Part shown: in pieces, positions 46,319 through 54,303 of the stretch
How the letters are laid out: the number at the start of each line of letters is the position of its first letter
Position numbering within the stretch: the stretch's first letter is position 1
Assembly: GCA_900549225.1 (NCBI GenBank)
Contig: URNP01000005.1
Span: 4,532 to 68,531, forward strand
Reading direction: 5' to 3'
Source of the DNA: an uncultured Eubacteriales bacterium
GTDB lineage: Bacteria > Bacillota > Clostridia > Christensenellales > CAG-917
DNA length: 64,000 bases
The notes under the pieces: generated by a model
Told to the model about the DNA's origin: nothing
Seen by the model: only the letters and a program-made list of their open reading frames with translations
The model's database searches: none
Position numbers and translations under genes: made by a program

Positions 46319-46348
46319 ACAAAAACGCACGTTTATCGTGCGTTTTTC
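46319..46348. terminator. Bidirectional terminator hairpin
   Basis: A5 - cgcacg tttat cgtgcg - T5, between the NUDIX gene (+) and a small minus-strand ORF. Confidence 0.75.
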
Positions 46349-46379
46349 GATATTTGAAATATGTGTTTTGCCGTATTCG

Positions 46380-46556
46380 CTATGGATTTACGATGACCAT
46401 ATCTTTTTCTGACTCGATATCGGCGTAATCTTCGCCGTTATCGTCCGAGAAAATGACGTACCATTTTTCGTCAATGGAGTAGTTCGTCATAATAACGCCG
46501 ATCGCGCCTTTATGCACGCCGTGGCAGGAGTATTCGCTCTTTTCGTTCACGACCAT
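46380..46556 (-). CDS. Hypothetical 58-aa protein (below the ORF-track size cutoff)
   Basis: The minus-strand ORF reads MVVNEKSEYSCHGVHKGAIGVIMTNYSIDEKWYVIFSDDNGEDYADIESEKDMVIVNP. It is co-oriented downstream of the TetR and DUF2461 genes and ends just before the bidirectional terminator. No clear SD. Confidence 0.35.
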   Translation of the reverse strand: MVVNEKSEYSCHGVHKGAIGVIMTNYSIDEKWYVIFSDDNGEDYADIESEKDMVIVNP

Positions 46557-46660
46557 AATCTGTTAACTCGTTTAATGTATAGTCGCCATTAGCATACTTT
46601 TTGACCGCCTGTGAATGATAATAGTTGCAATATTAATAATTCAAAGAATTATGTCATTTT

Positions 46661-47338
46661 TTATCTTTCCGTCATAGATTCCGCAGTCATCATAAGGTCG
46701 TAGAGCGGTTGTATCATTTCAAATTGATCGCACAGCGTTGATGCGAGTTTGTCGGAGAGGAGAAGGTCGATATCCGTCGAGTTTGCGATAAAGCAGATAT
46801 CTTTCTTCTCAAGCCAGCGGCTCAGATCCGCGGGATAATCGGAGTAGTGCGGTTTTTTATACGTTTCGCCCACGAGCGAAAATACGGATTGATTTTCAAA
46901 GCACTCTTTTGCTTTTTGAAACACGGGCGAGTTTGACAGAATCAAGTTGCGCAGACTTGCCATACTTTTTGCGTCTGCCATATAGTATCCGCACCCGTAG
47001 CGGAAGTTGTACGGCGAGATTTCAAAAAAGTAGCCGGGAAGACCGCACGCGGCGTTCGTTCCGCGCATAAACGTGAGCCACATATGGTCGCGATAAAGGC
47101 TCGTCTTGTCCTTTGCGAAGCGCAAGTCCTTATACAGCCTTGACACGATGCTTTTGGGCTCGGTTATCATCTGCTCGTCGATTTTGAGCATGCGGGGAGT
47201 CATCTCGACTGCGAGATCGTGAAAAGGAATAGAGAGGAACTGTTTGAAGTCCTCTTTATGTTCCTGATACCAGAGTTTTGAGTTGTATTTATGGTTGAAA
47301 TACAAAAAGTCGAGCGACCTTTGCGAAAACGTAGTCAT
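46661..47338 (-). CDS. DUF2461 (TIGR02453-type) family protein
   Basis: FYFNHKYNSKLWYQEHKEDF... and SRLYKDLRFAKDKTSLYRDHMWLTF pattern. Confidence 0.7.
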   Translation of the reverse strand: MTTFSQRSLDFLYFNHKYNSKLWYQEHKEDFKQFLSIPFHDLAVEMTPRMLKIDEQMITEPKSIVSRLYKDLRFAKDKTSLYRDHMWLTFMRGTNAACGLPGYFFEISPYNFRYGCGYYMADAKSMASLRNLILSNSPVFQKAKECFENQSVFSLVGETYKKPHYSDYPADLSRWLEKKDICFIANSTDIDLLLSDKLASTLCDQFEMIQPLYDLMMTAESMTER

Positions 47339-47940
47339 TTGTTTTCAAAGAGTGCGACGAGCGTATTTTGCACGATATTGCACATCGCGTCGTAGTCGAT
47401 ATATGTGTGGTGGTCGTACACGAACTCGTGCGAGAAGGATTGCACGATATCCATAGCGAAGTGGATGCGTTCGGTGAGGTTTTCCTTTTTCACGCCGAGG
47501 TCGGCAAACTTATTTGCGATAGCAAGCGTAATTTCGTCCTCAAGGGAGATGAACTTGTTGTTGACTGCCTCGTCGCTGTGCGACATAGAGTGAAGAGCCT
47601 CGTGAATATTCGCATATTTTTTGTGGATTTCGATAGCGCCGTCAAGAACGTGTTTTATCGTATCTTCAAAATTCACCGGAGCGGTGAGGCCGTTTATCAT
47701 ATCGAGCACGGGGGCAAACGCCTCTTTGACGTAGATTTCCAAAACGTCGAGAAGGATATCTCTCTTATCCTTGAAATATCCGTAAACGATACCCGTCGAA
47801 ACGCCCGCGCGTTTTGCGATTTCCACGGTATTGGTATTGTAATATCCGACCTGTGAAAAGAGTTCAAATCCCGCTTGAACTATTCTGTTTTTCTTTTCGA
47901 TTGATCTTTCTTGTTTGGGTTCTCTGACGTCCTGTGCCAT
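47335..47940 (-). CDS. TetR/AcrR family transcriptional regulator
   Basis: N-terminal HTH KKNRIVQAGFELFSQVGYYNTNTVEIAKRAGVSTGIVYGYFKDK. ATGA overlap with the downstream DUF2461 gene. Confidence 0.88.
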   Translation of the reverse strand: MAQDVREPKQERSIEKKNRIVQAGFELFSQVGYYNTNTVEIAKRAGVSTGIVYGYFKDKRDILLDVLEIYVKEAFAPVLDMINGLTAPVNFEDTIKHVLDGAIEIHKKYANIHEALHSMSHSDEAVNNKFISLEDEITLAIANKFADLGVKKENLTERIHFAMDIVQSFSHEFVYDHHTYIDYDAMCNIVQNTLVALFENK

Positions 47941-47964
47941 ATATTCCTTTCGAGCGTGCTATTT

Positions 47965-48056
47965 GGCGTGATACTTCGTCATCGCACCTTGCCTGTCAAC
48001 TCATTTACGCCTAGTAAATTAGGGTTGCCACCCAAGGCACGCTTCCTTGTCTGACG
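47965..48056 (+). repeat. Structured intergenic repeat, copy C (core 47983-48041)
   Basis: CGCACCTTG cctgt CAACTC a TTTAC gccta GTAAA tta GGGTTG ccacc CAAGGCACG. Flanks are gatacttcgtca and cttccttgt. Confidence 0.8.
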
Positions 48057-48197
48057 CTCAAATATCTCGCTCGAAACATTCGTTCAAAATGTTTTTTGCG
48101 GAATACTTGCGCCGTCATCGCTCATTTGCTCGCCTTTTATAAGTCAATTATTTGATGAATTATGCCTTAATCAAACTGACTTTATATTGATATTTAC

Positions 48198-48226
48198 ATT
48201 ATATAACTAGTTTGAAAATAAATCAA
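48198..48226 (-). promoter_or_regulatory. Candidate promoter of the tetR-DUF2461 operon (minus strand)
   Basis: On the minus strand: TTGATT (48226-48221), 17-nt spacer, TATAAT (48203-48198). Confidence 0.45.
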
Positions 48227-48233
48227 GAAGAAA

Positions 48234-48255
48234 AATATGAAAAAATTTTCATATT
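48234..48255. promoter_or_regulatory. Palindromic operator 1: AATATGAA-N6-TTCATATT
   Basis: aatatgaa aaaatt ttcatatt is a perfect 8-N6-8 inverted repeat lying between the divergent -35 boxes. Confidence 0.7.
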
Positions 48256-48270
48256 ATTTTATTAAATCTG

Positions 48271-48299
48271 TTGACATGCATTTGCGAAAGTTGTAATAT
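48271..48299 (+). promoter_or_regulatory. Promoter of the feoA-feoA-feoB operon
   Basis: TTGACA (48271-48276), 17-nt spacer, TAATAT (48294-48299). Confidence 0.7.
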
Positions 48300-48308
48300 T
48301 CTATCGTA

Positions 48309-48330
48309 AATATGAATAAAACTTCATATT
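48309..48330. promoter_or_regulatory. Palindromic operator 2: AATATGAA-N6-TTCATATT
   Basis: aatatgaa taaaac ttcatatt has the same half-sites as operator 1. It starts 10 nt after the feo -10 box, overlapping the expected transcription start. Confidence 0.7.
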
Positions 48331-48363
48331 CACATTAAATAATCGGCAAAAGGAGAGAGAAAT

Positions 48364-48576
48364 ATGCCGCTTGTATTTGCACCCATCGGAAAGGACTTGA
48401 GGATCGTCAAGATTATGACTGACGACAAGACCAAAAAGCACCTTGAGAGTTTGGGCATCACCATCGATTCAACGATAAGTATCATATCCCAAAGCGGAGG
48501 AAGCGTCATTTGTCATATCAAAGACGGTCGTCTTGCTTTGGACAAAGAAATGGCAACAAAAATTTTAGTAGCATAA
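48364..48576 (+). CDS. feoA: FeoA-family protein
   Basis: 70 aa, SH3-like FeoA pattern (LRIVKI..., LESLGI, RLALDKEMA). RBS aaaggagag. Confidence 0.85.
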   Translation: MPLVFAPIGKDLRIVKIMTDDKTKKHLESLGITIDSTISIISQSGGSVICHIKDGRLALDKEMATKILVA

Positions 48577-48591
48577 ATGCAGGAGGACAAA

Positions 48592-48825
48592 ATGGAAAAA
48601 CTGCTAAGTGATTTCATTATCGGCGAGCAAGGCGTAATCAAAACAGTCGGCGGCGACGGAAGAATCAGACGTCGTTTGTTCGATATGGGCGTTACACCGG
48701 GCGCAGAAGTGTATCTTCGCAAGAAAGCACCCCTCGGAGATCCGATTGAGGTGACCATAAGAGGATACGAACTCACGCTTCGTAAAACCGAAGCGTCTGT
48801 CGTGACGATGGAGGTACAAGAATAA
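48592..48825 (+). CDS. feoA: FeoA-family protein (second copy)
   Basis: AGGAGG lies 5 nt before ATG 48592. GVIKTVGGDGRIRRRLFDMGVTPGAEVYLRKKAPLGDPIEVTIRGYELTLRKTEA. Confidence 0.85.
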   Translation: MEKLLSDFIIGEQGVIKTVGGDGRIRRRLFDMGVTPGAEVYLRKKAPLGDPIEVTIRGYELTLRKTEASVVTMEVQE

Positions 48826-51449
48826 TGAAAAGATTTGCTCTTGCAGGCAACCCGAACTGTGGCAAAACGACTTTGTTCAACAGTTTGACAGGTTCGACCG
48901 CACACGTTGGCAACTGGCCCGGCGTCACGGTGGACAAGAAAGAGGGCACGTACAAGAAGTGCGCAGAACCCATCTCTATCGTCGACCTTCCCGGCATCTA
49001 CTCACTCTCTCCGTACACACCGGAAGAAGTGATTTCGAGAAACTACATTCTCGAAGAGAAGCCCGATTGCGTCATCAACATCGTAGACGCAACCAACCTC
49101 GAACGCAACCTTTATCTCACCACTCAAATCATGGAAATCGACGTGCCGATGATCATCGCACTCAACATGATGGACGCAGTGGAGAAGAACGGCGACAAAA
49201 TCGACGCAAAGAGCCTTGAAGAAAAGATCAGCCTTCCCGTCGTTGAGATTTCCGCATTGCGCGAAAAAGGTCTTGACGAATTGATGCAAAGAGCGTACGA
49301 GGTCTGCCAACAACCGAGAAAAGGCAGCACCGTTTTGGAAGGCAGCGCGCTTACGCACCTCATCAACGATTGCAGAATCGCACTCGAGGGTAGCGGAGTC
49401 GAAAACGCACTCTTCCACGCAGTGAAACTTGTCGAACTCGACGAAATCGAAGTCGGACAACATCCGCAAGCGGCACAAATGGTCGAAGAGTTCAAAAAGA
49501 CCTTCAAAGACGACGTATTCGGCACTGACTTTGAAGCAATCGTAGCGGATAGCAGATACAAATACATATCCAAAAACTATTCGACCGTTCTCACCAAGAA
49601 AGAAGTCACTTCCGAAAAAGAGAAACTCAGCACTTCCGACAAAGTGGATAAGGTGTTGACTCACAAGGTTTGGGGTATTCCTATCTTCCTTGTGATTTTG
49701 TTCCTCGTGTTCCACCTCACGTTTGCAGAGGACTTCCTGTTCCTCGGCGCAGGCGGCGTGTTCGATCCGAAACCGGCAGTCGCATATATCGTGAATGTAG
49801 AAGGCAACCTTCAAGCGGTTGAAAATCTAACGGCAGAAACCGTGGACGAAAACGTCGAATACTTCACCGCAGATGGCGATCCGGCAGACCTCACATTTGC
49901 AGACGACGGAAGCCTCGAAGCAGTTGAAGAAAAACCGTTCGTTTACACCGAAGACAAACACAAAGTGTACGTCGACAAAGTGAGTGATCTTACAGGAACT
50001 TACTTTGCAGACGAAAAATGCAAATGGGAAGTCACCATCGAAGTCAACGAAGACGGTGAAAGAGAAGTGGCGTTCGTAAGCGGTATCGACGAGTGGTGCT
50101 CGGGCATCAGCGCGGCAACCTTCTTCGGATATGAAGAAAGCGTTTACGGCCCCGGCGTCATCCTTGCAAACATCCTCAACACGTTCACCGAGTTCCTCAG
50201 CGTATGCGTAAACGAAGGACTCACCCTGGCAGGCGCACCCGAATGGTGCACGGGACTCATCGTAGACGGCGTTCTCGGCGGCTTGTTCGCAGTGCTCGGC
50301 TTCTTGCCGCAAATCCTCTTGCTGTTCTTGTTCTTCTCGATCTTGGAAGACAGCGGTTATATGGCGCGTGTAGCGTTCATTCTTGACAGAATCTTCAGAA
50401 GATTCGGTTTGTCGGGCAGAGCGTTTATGCCGATGATCATGGGATTCGGTTGTTCCGTTCCTGCATTCATCAACACTCGTACTCTTGCTGACGAGAACGA
50501 AAGAATCGCAACCATCAGAGTCATTCCGTTCTTCAGTTGTGGCGCAAAATTGCCTATCCTCACTGCAATCGCAGGCGGTATCGCAACTCAATTCGGATTC
50601 GATCATCCCGACGTCATCACATATATGATGTACGTGCTCGGCGTAGTCGTGGCAATCTGCGCGGTCATCTTGATGCGTGCAACCACGATGAAAGGCGAAG
50701 TACCTCCGTTCATTATGGAACTTCCTGCCTATCACGTACCGCAACCCAAGAACCTTGCTGCTCACCTTTGGGATAAGACGAAGCACTTTGTGAAGAAAGC
50801 GTTCACGATCATCCTTGCTTCCACAATCCTCATTTGGTTCATCAGCCACTTCAGTTGGACGTGGCAATTCCTTGCGGACGAGCAAATGGATCAATCCATC
50901 CTTGCGGGAATCGGCGGACTCATTCAGCTTTTGTTCACACCGCTCGGATTCGGTTCACAACTTAGCGCATACGGCTGGGTATTTGCAGTCGCGGCAATCA
51001 CGGGTCTTATCGCAAAAGAAAACGTTATCGCAACGTTCGGCACTTTGGCAGCGTGCATCGTCGGTGGCATAATCGACGTAGAAGCAGACGGCGGTGTCGG
51101 AGCGGCGGCAACGATGATCCAAGCAACGGGCATCACCGTTCCGGGCCTCATCGCATTCATCGCGTTCAACATGCTCACGATTCCGTGCTTTGCGGCAGTC
51201 GCAACGGCAAAGGCAGAACTTCCCACCAAGAAGTCTTACAGAATGACCTTGCTCTTCTGGGTCGGTACGAGTTACGTAGTATCCATGATAATCTACCTCA
51301 TCGGTGCTTGGTGGTGGACGGTGTTCATCTTCGCGGCAATCTGGGCGGCAATCATCACGCTCATCGTGCTTGACAACAAAGGCAAGATTGACGTAAAGAA
51401 GTTCTTCTGTGACCTCGGCAGCAAACTTAAAATCAAAAAGAACGCATAA
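48825..51449 (+). CDS. feoB: Ferrous iron transporter FeoB with ~135-aa acidic insertion after the first TM segment
   Basis: G-domain GNPNCGKTTLFN, DLPG, NMMD. Polytopic C-terminal domain. TAATG overlap with feoA. Confidence 0.92.
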   Translation: MKRFALAGNPNCGKTTLFNSLTGSTAHVGNWPGVTVDKKEGTYKKCAEPISIVDLPGIYSLSPYTPEEVISRNYILEEKPDCVINIVDATNLERNLYLTTQIMEIDVPMIIALNMMDAVEKNGDKIDAKSLEEKISLPVVEISALREKGLDELMQRAYEVCQQPRKGSTVLEGSALTHLINDCRIALEGSGVENALFHAVKLVELDEIEVGQHPQAAQMVEEFKKTFKDDVFGTDFEAIVADSRYKYISKNYSTVLTKKEVTSEKEKLSTSDKVDKVLTHKVWGIPIFLVILFLVFHLTFAEDFLFLGAGGVFDPKPAVAYIVNVEGNLQAVENLTAETVDENVEYFTADGDPADLTFADDGSLEAVEEKPFVYTEDKHKVYVDKVSDLTGTYFADEKCKWEVTIEVNEDGEREVAFVSGIDEWCSGISAATFFGYEESVYGPGVILANILNTFTEFLSVCVNEGLTLAGAPEWCTGLIVDGVLGGLFAVLGFLPQILLLFLFFSILEDSGYMARVAFILDRIFRRFGLSGRAFMPMIMGFGCSVPAFINTRTLADENERIATIRVIPFFSCGAKLPILTAIAGGIATQFGFDHPDVITYMMYVLGVVVAICAVILMRATTMKGEVPPFIMELPAYHVPQPKNLAAHLWDKTKHFVKKAFTIILASTILIWFISHFSWTWQFLADEQMDQSILAGIGGLIQLLFTPLGFGSQLSAYGWVFAVAAITGLIAKENVIATFGTLAACIVGGIIDVEADGGVGAAATMIQATGITVPGLIAFIAFNMLTIPCFAAVATAKAELPTKKSYRMTLLFWVGTSYVVSMIIYLIGAWWWTVFIFAAIWAAIITLIVLDNKGKIDVKKFFCDLGSKLKIKKNA

Positions 51450-51495
51450 GTCGCGCAACATGCGCAATACAGACTTTGCGTAAAAAGAGCGAAAT

Positions 51496-51801
51496 ATGAC
51501 AAACGTAATCTTTGAAAATGTTTTATCGGCAATGCATCCCGTCGCAATCGTGACGATAATAGCTGCGGTTGCGATAGTAGGAGGCGTCATCATAGCGTCG
51601 ATCGTGAGAAAGGTGAAGGGCAAACCGTCACTCGGAAGCGATTGCGCAGGGTGTTCGCACGCAGGGCAGTGCAACGGACATTGTTGCTCTGACAAGAACG
51701 TCGATTGGACGGAACTTGTCAAACAGCGCAAGGCGGAACTCGAAGCACAACGCGAAAAAGAAGCGCAACACGACAAGGATACAGATACGACAAATCAATA
51801 A
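51496..51801 (+). CDS. FeoB-associated Cys-rich membrane protein with C-terminal charged extension
   Basis: One TM segment (VAIVTIIAAVAIVGGVIIASIV) followed by CAGCSHAGQCNGHCC. Confidence 0.7.
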   Translation: MTNVIFENVLSAMHPVAIVTIIAAVAIVGGVIIASIVRKVKGKPSLGSDCAGCSHAGQCNGHCCSDKNVDWTELVKQRKAELEAQREKEAQHDKDTDTTNQ

Positions 51802-51934
51802 GCACCCACTTTTGCATTGGATAATGATAACCACAGCGTTTAATGCAAAGTCATACAAGCCGCGAGCAGTCGCGACTTGCAAAACAATAGAAAAGTTGTA
51901 GCAATACGACAATCTATATTCTCTCTCAAATGGG

Positions 51935-51966
51935 AAAAGGCGAACTTCGGTTCGCCTTTTCTCTTT
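51935..51966 (+). terminator. Rho-independent terminator with UUCG tetraloop
   Basis: aaaa ggcgaac ttcg gttcgcc tttt. Confidence 0.85.
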
Positions 51967-52305
51967 CCGTGCGTAGCGAATCGGAATATTCCTCAACAGC
52001 ACCATAGGTGCAATATCTACTGTCAATACCGCATTAGATGCCGCAAAAGCCGAACTTATCGAAAGGATCGATGCAAAAGCAACTGTCGTGACCTTCTTCC
52101 TCCGCAAACGCAGTTGACAGGTTCATCGCATTAGATGCTCAAAAAATTGCCCAACATAGCGTTACTGCTTGCCTCAACGCAGAGAGTGTATGAGAATTAA
52201 ACTCACGCAGTTTCTCATTCATAGTATAGTGCTTTTGTGCCCTACGCATTGCCGTACTCGGCGAAAATTTGAAATAACGAATTGACACAAAGGTTGAGCA
52301 ATAGA

Positions 52306-52334
52306 TTGACATTGCACGCCGAATACGCTAGAAT
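52306..52334 (+). promoter_or_regulatory. Near-consensus promoter upstream of tRNA-Leu
   Basis: TTGACA (52306-52311), 17-nt spacer, TAGAAT (52329-52334). Confidence 0.7.
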
Positions 52335-52451
52335 AGCAAAGTAATGCAAAGGCGGAGAAGTGTGTGTATTCGTCGATTCAGCAGAATTGTGCAACATCGA
52401 TTGTGACACCCGCCCTCGGTGGCTGTACCGTGTCAAAATCACCAGCAAAAT

Positions 52452-52538
52452 GCGGACATGGCGGAATTGGCAGACGCGCAAGATTCAGGTTCTTGTGAGC
52501 ACTAGTTCATGCAGGTTCAAGTCCTGTTGTCCGCACCA
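52452..52538 (+). tRNA. tRNA-Leu(CAG): tRNA-Leu, anticodon CAG, type II (long variable arm), CCA encoded
   Basis: Acceptor GCGGACA/TGTCCGC, anticodon stem CAAGA/TCTTG with loop TTCAGGT, T-loop GGTTCAAGTCC, discriminator A plus CCA. Confidence 0.92.
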
Positions 52539-52543
52539 GGATG

Positions 52544-52586
52544 AACCCAGTTGAACCATAAAGGTTTGACTGGGTTTTCCTTTTTC
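52544..52586 (+). terminator. Long hairpin terminator after the tRNA, at the chromosome/mobile-element junction
   Basis: aacccagttgaacc ataaa ggtttgactgggtt (14 bp including two G.U pairs), followed by ttcctttttc. Confidence 0.7.
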
Positions 52587-52600
52587 TAATATTTGTAATA

Positions 52601-54139
52601 TTATACATACATTTCAAATCTAATGGTTTTCTTTTCAAGTGGAAGATTTGACTTGCGTTTCATAACGACATCTTTTGAAAATTTGTAAAATAAAAAGGCC
52701 CGACGCCTTTCAGCATCAGGTCTTATCAAGTCTGTATAATTGAAGTGAATTTCTATTCGGTCTTTGTAAAGAATAACGTCTTTGATAAGCAATTCTATCA
52801 TTAGACGAGGTGTTTTTCTGATTGCTTGTTGCAAATAGTCAACAATGTCTTTTTTATCAATAGGAATTGTTTCTTTCGCTTTTTCCAAAGCCAGTTTAGT
52901 TTCAAATTCTGTTTTTTGTTGCTCGAGTTCTTCCAATCTTTTTGCAGTGGAAGCACTCACGATTCCTTTTTCCATACACGCAATAAGATTTGATAAAGCT
53001 TTTTCTGTGTCATGCAATTGACCTTCTATAATATTGATTACAGACGCATCTGCCATTTTTTGTTGATGAGCGTTTAGTATTAGAGTTGCAAGTTTATCTA
53101 TTAATCTTGGATTCGCAAGAGTTTCATAAGTTGCCTCGACAACCAACTGTTCTAGTAGTTCTTTCCTAATTGGAGTATTGTCGCATTTTTTATCGACTTT
53201 TCGCCCTGAACATTTGTAATATCTTACAACCTTGCCGGTTCTTGAAGTCCCACTTTCCGAACTTACAGTCTTTCCACAATAGCCACAATGCACTTTGTTT
53301 CTTAAAAGATAATGCACATCTGTGTGTTTGCCGTTTTTATTTGATTGTGCTTTAGCTCTACATATATCAAATACCTGCTCGTTAACGATAGGCGGGTAAA
53401 TGTTATCGAATACTTGGTCTCCAAATCTGACAATTCCAATATATTTTTCGTTTTTCAGTAGATTATAGAAAGCAGTTCGTGTAAATGGTTTTCCGTGACA
53501 AAGCACTCCTTCGTTGTTTAGGTCGTCAAGTATGTCTTTTATGAGCCTACCACTTGCGTATTCTTCAAACATTCGTCTTACGATTACAGCCTCGTCTTCT
53601 TTGATGCGCACTCTTCGGCCTTCGGCTTTCGTTCCGTATGCCTCGTATCCGAAAATAGGTACACCGCCTGTAAATTGCCCTTTGATTCGACTTTCGTTCA
53701 ATCCGCGCTTTACCTTTTGTGAAAGCTCGGCAGAGTAGTATTCAGCCATGCCGACGTACATATTTTCAAGAATAATGCCGTCAAGGTTTTGAGAGCCGTC
53801 TATATTTCGCGACGTTCGTTGTGTTGCAGAAATGACAATTTTACCTGTCTTTTGCAATCTGTATTTGTTAATTGCTTGTTCAATAGAATTCCTTCCGAAA
53901 CGGTCTAATGCATATACAAGGCAAATATCCCATTCTTTTGTCTTTTCACTGTCCGAAAGCATTTGTTGGAATTCTTTTCTCAAATCGTTCGTTCCTGTCA
54001 TTGCGCGGTCTATATACTCGTGTACGACGATAAGTTCATTGTTTTTTGCAAATTCATAGCAAACTCGAAGCTGACCTTCGATAGATTGTTCAGTCTGTCG
54101 TTCGCTTGAATATCTGGCGTAAATGACGCACTTTTTCAT
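52601..54139 (-). CDS. Large serine recombinase (integrase)
   Basis: RBS aaggag. N-terminal resolvase domain VIYARYSSERQ, recombinase domain, zinc ribbon CGYCGK...YYKCSGRKVDKKC, C-terminal coiled coil. Confidence 0.92.
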   Translation of the reverse strand: MKKCVIYARYSSERQTEQSIEGQLRVCYEFAKNNELIVVHEYIDRAMTGTNDLRKEFQQMLSDSEKTKEWDICLVYALDRFGRNSIEQAINKYRLQKTGKIVISATQRTSRNIDGSQNLDGIILENMYVGMAEYYSAELSQKVKRGLNESRIKGQFTGGVPIFGYEAYGTKAEGRRVRIKEDEAVIVRRMFEEYASGRLIKDILDDLNNEGVLCHGKPFTRTAFYNLLKNEKYIGIVRFGDQVFDNIYPPIVNEQVFDICRAKAQSNKNGKHTDVHYLLRNKVHCGYCGKTVSSESGTSRTGKVVRYYKCSGRKVDKKCDNTPIRKELLEQLVVEATYETLANPRLIDKLATLILNAHQQKMADASVINIIEGQLHDTEKALSNLIACMEKGIVSASTAKRLEELEQQKTEFETKLALEKAKETIPIDKKDIVDYLQQAIRKTPRLMIELLIKDVILYKDRIEIHFNYTDLIRPDAERRRAFLFYKFSKDVVMKRKSNLPLEKKTIRFEMYV

Positions 54140-54250
54140 ACTGTTGTCTCCTTTTTGATGTGTTGTAATTCGAGTATAGGGTGTTCAATTCCCGTTGAGT
54201 AGGACATTGAGCGAGCCGTTTTGTGCCTAATTTGAAATTTAGTAAAACGG

Positions 54251-54303
54251 TGTTGAAAGCCTGAATTAACATTGTTGAAACGATGTTGAAACATAGTTGG
54301 AAC
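54251..54303. repeat. Four phased direct repeats TGTTGAAA (TTTCAAC on the recombinase strand) upstream of the recombinase gene
   Basis: tgttgaaa occurs at 54251, 54273 and 54284, with a variant agttggaa at 54296. Spacings are 22, 11 and 12 nt. Confidence 0.7.
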
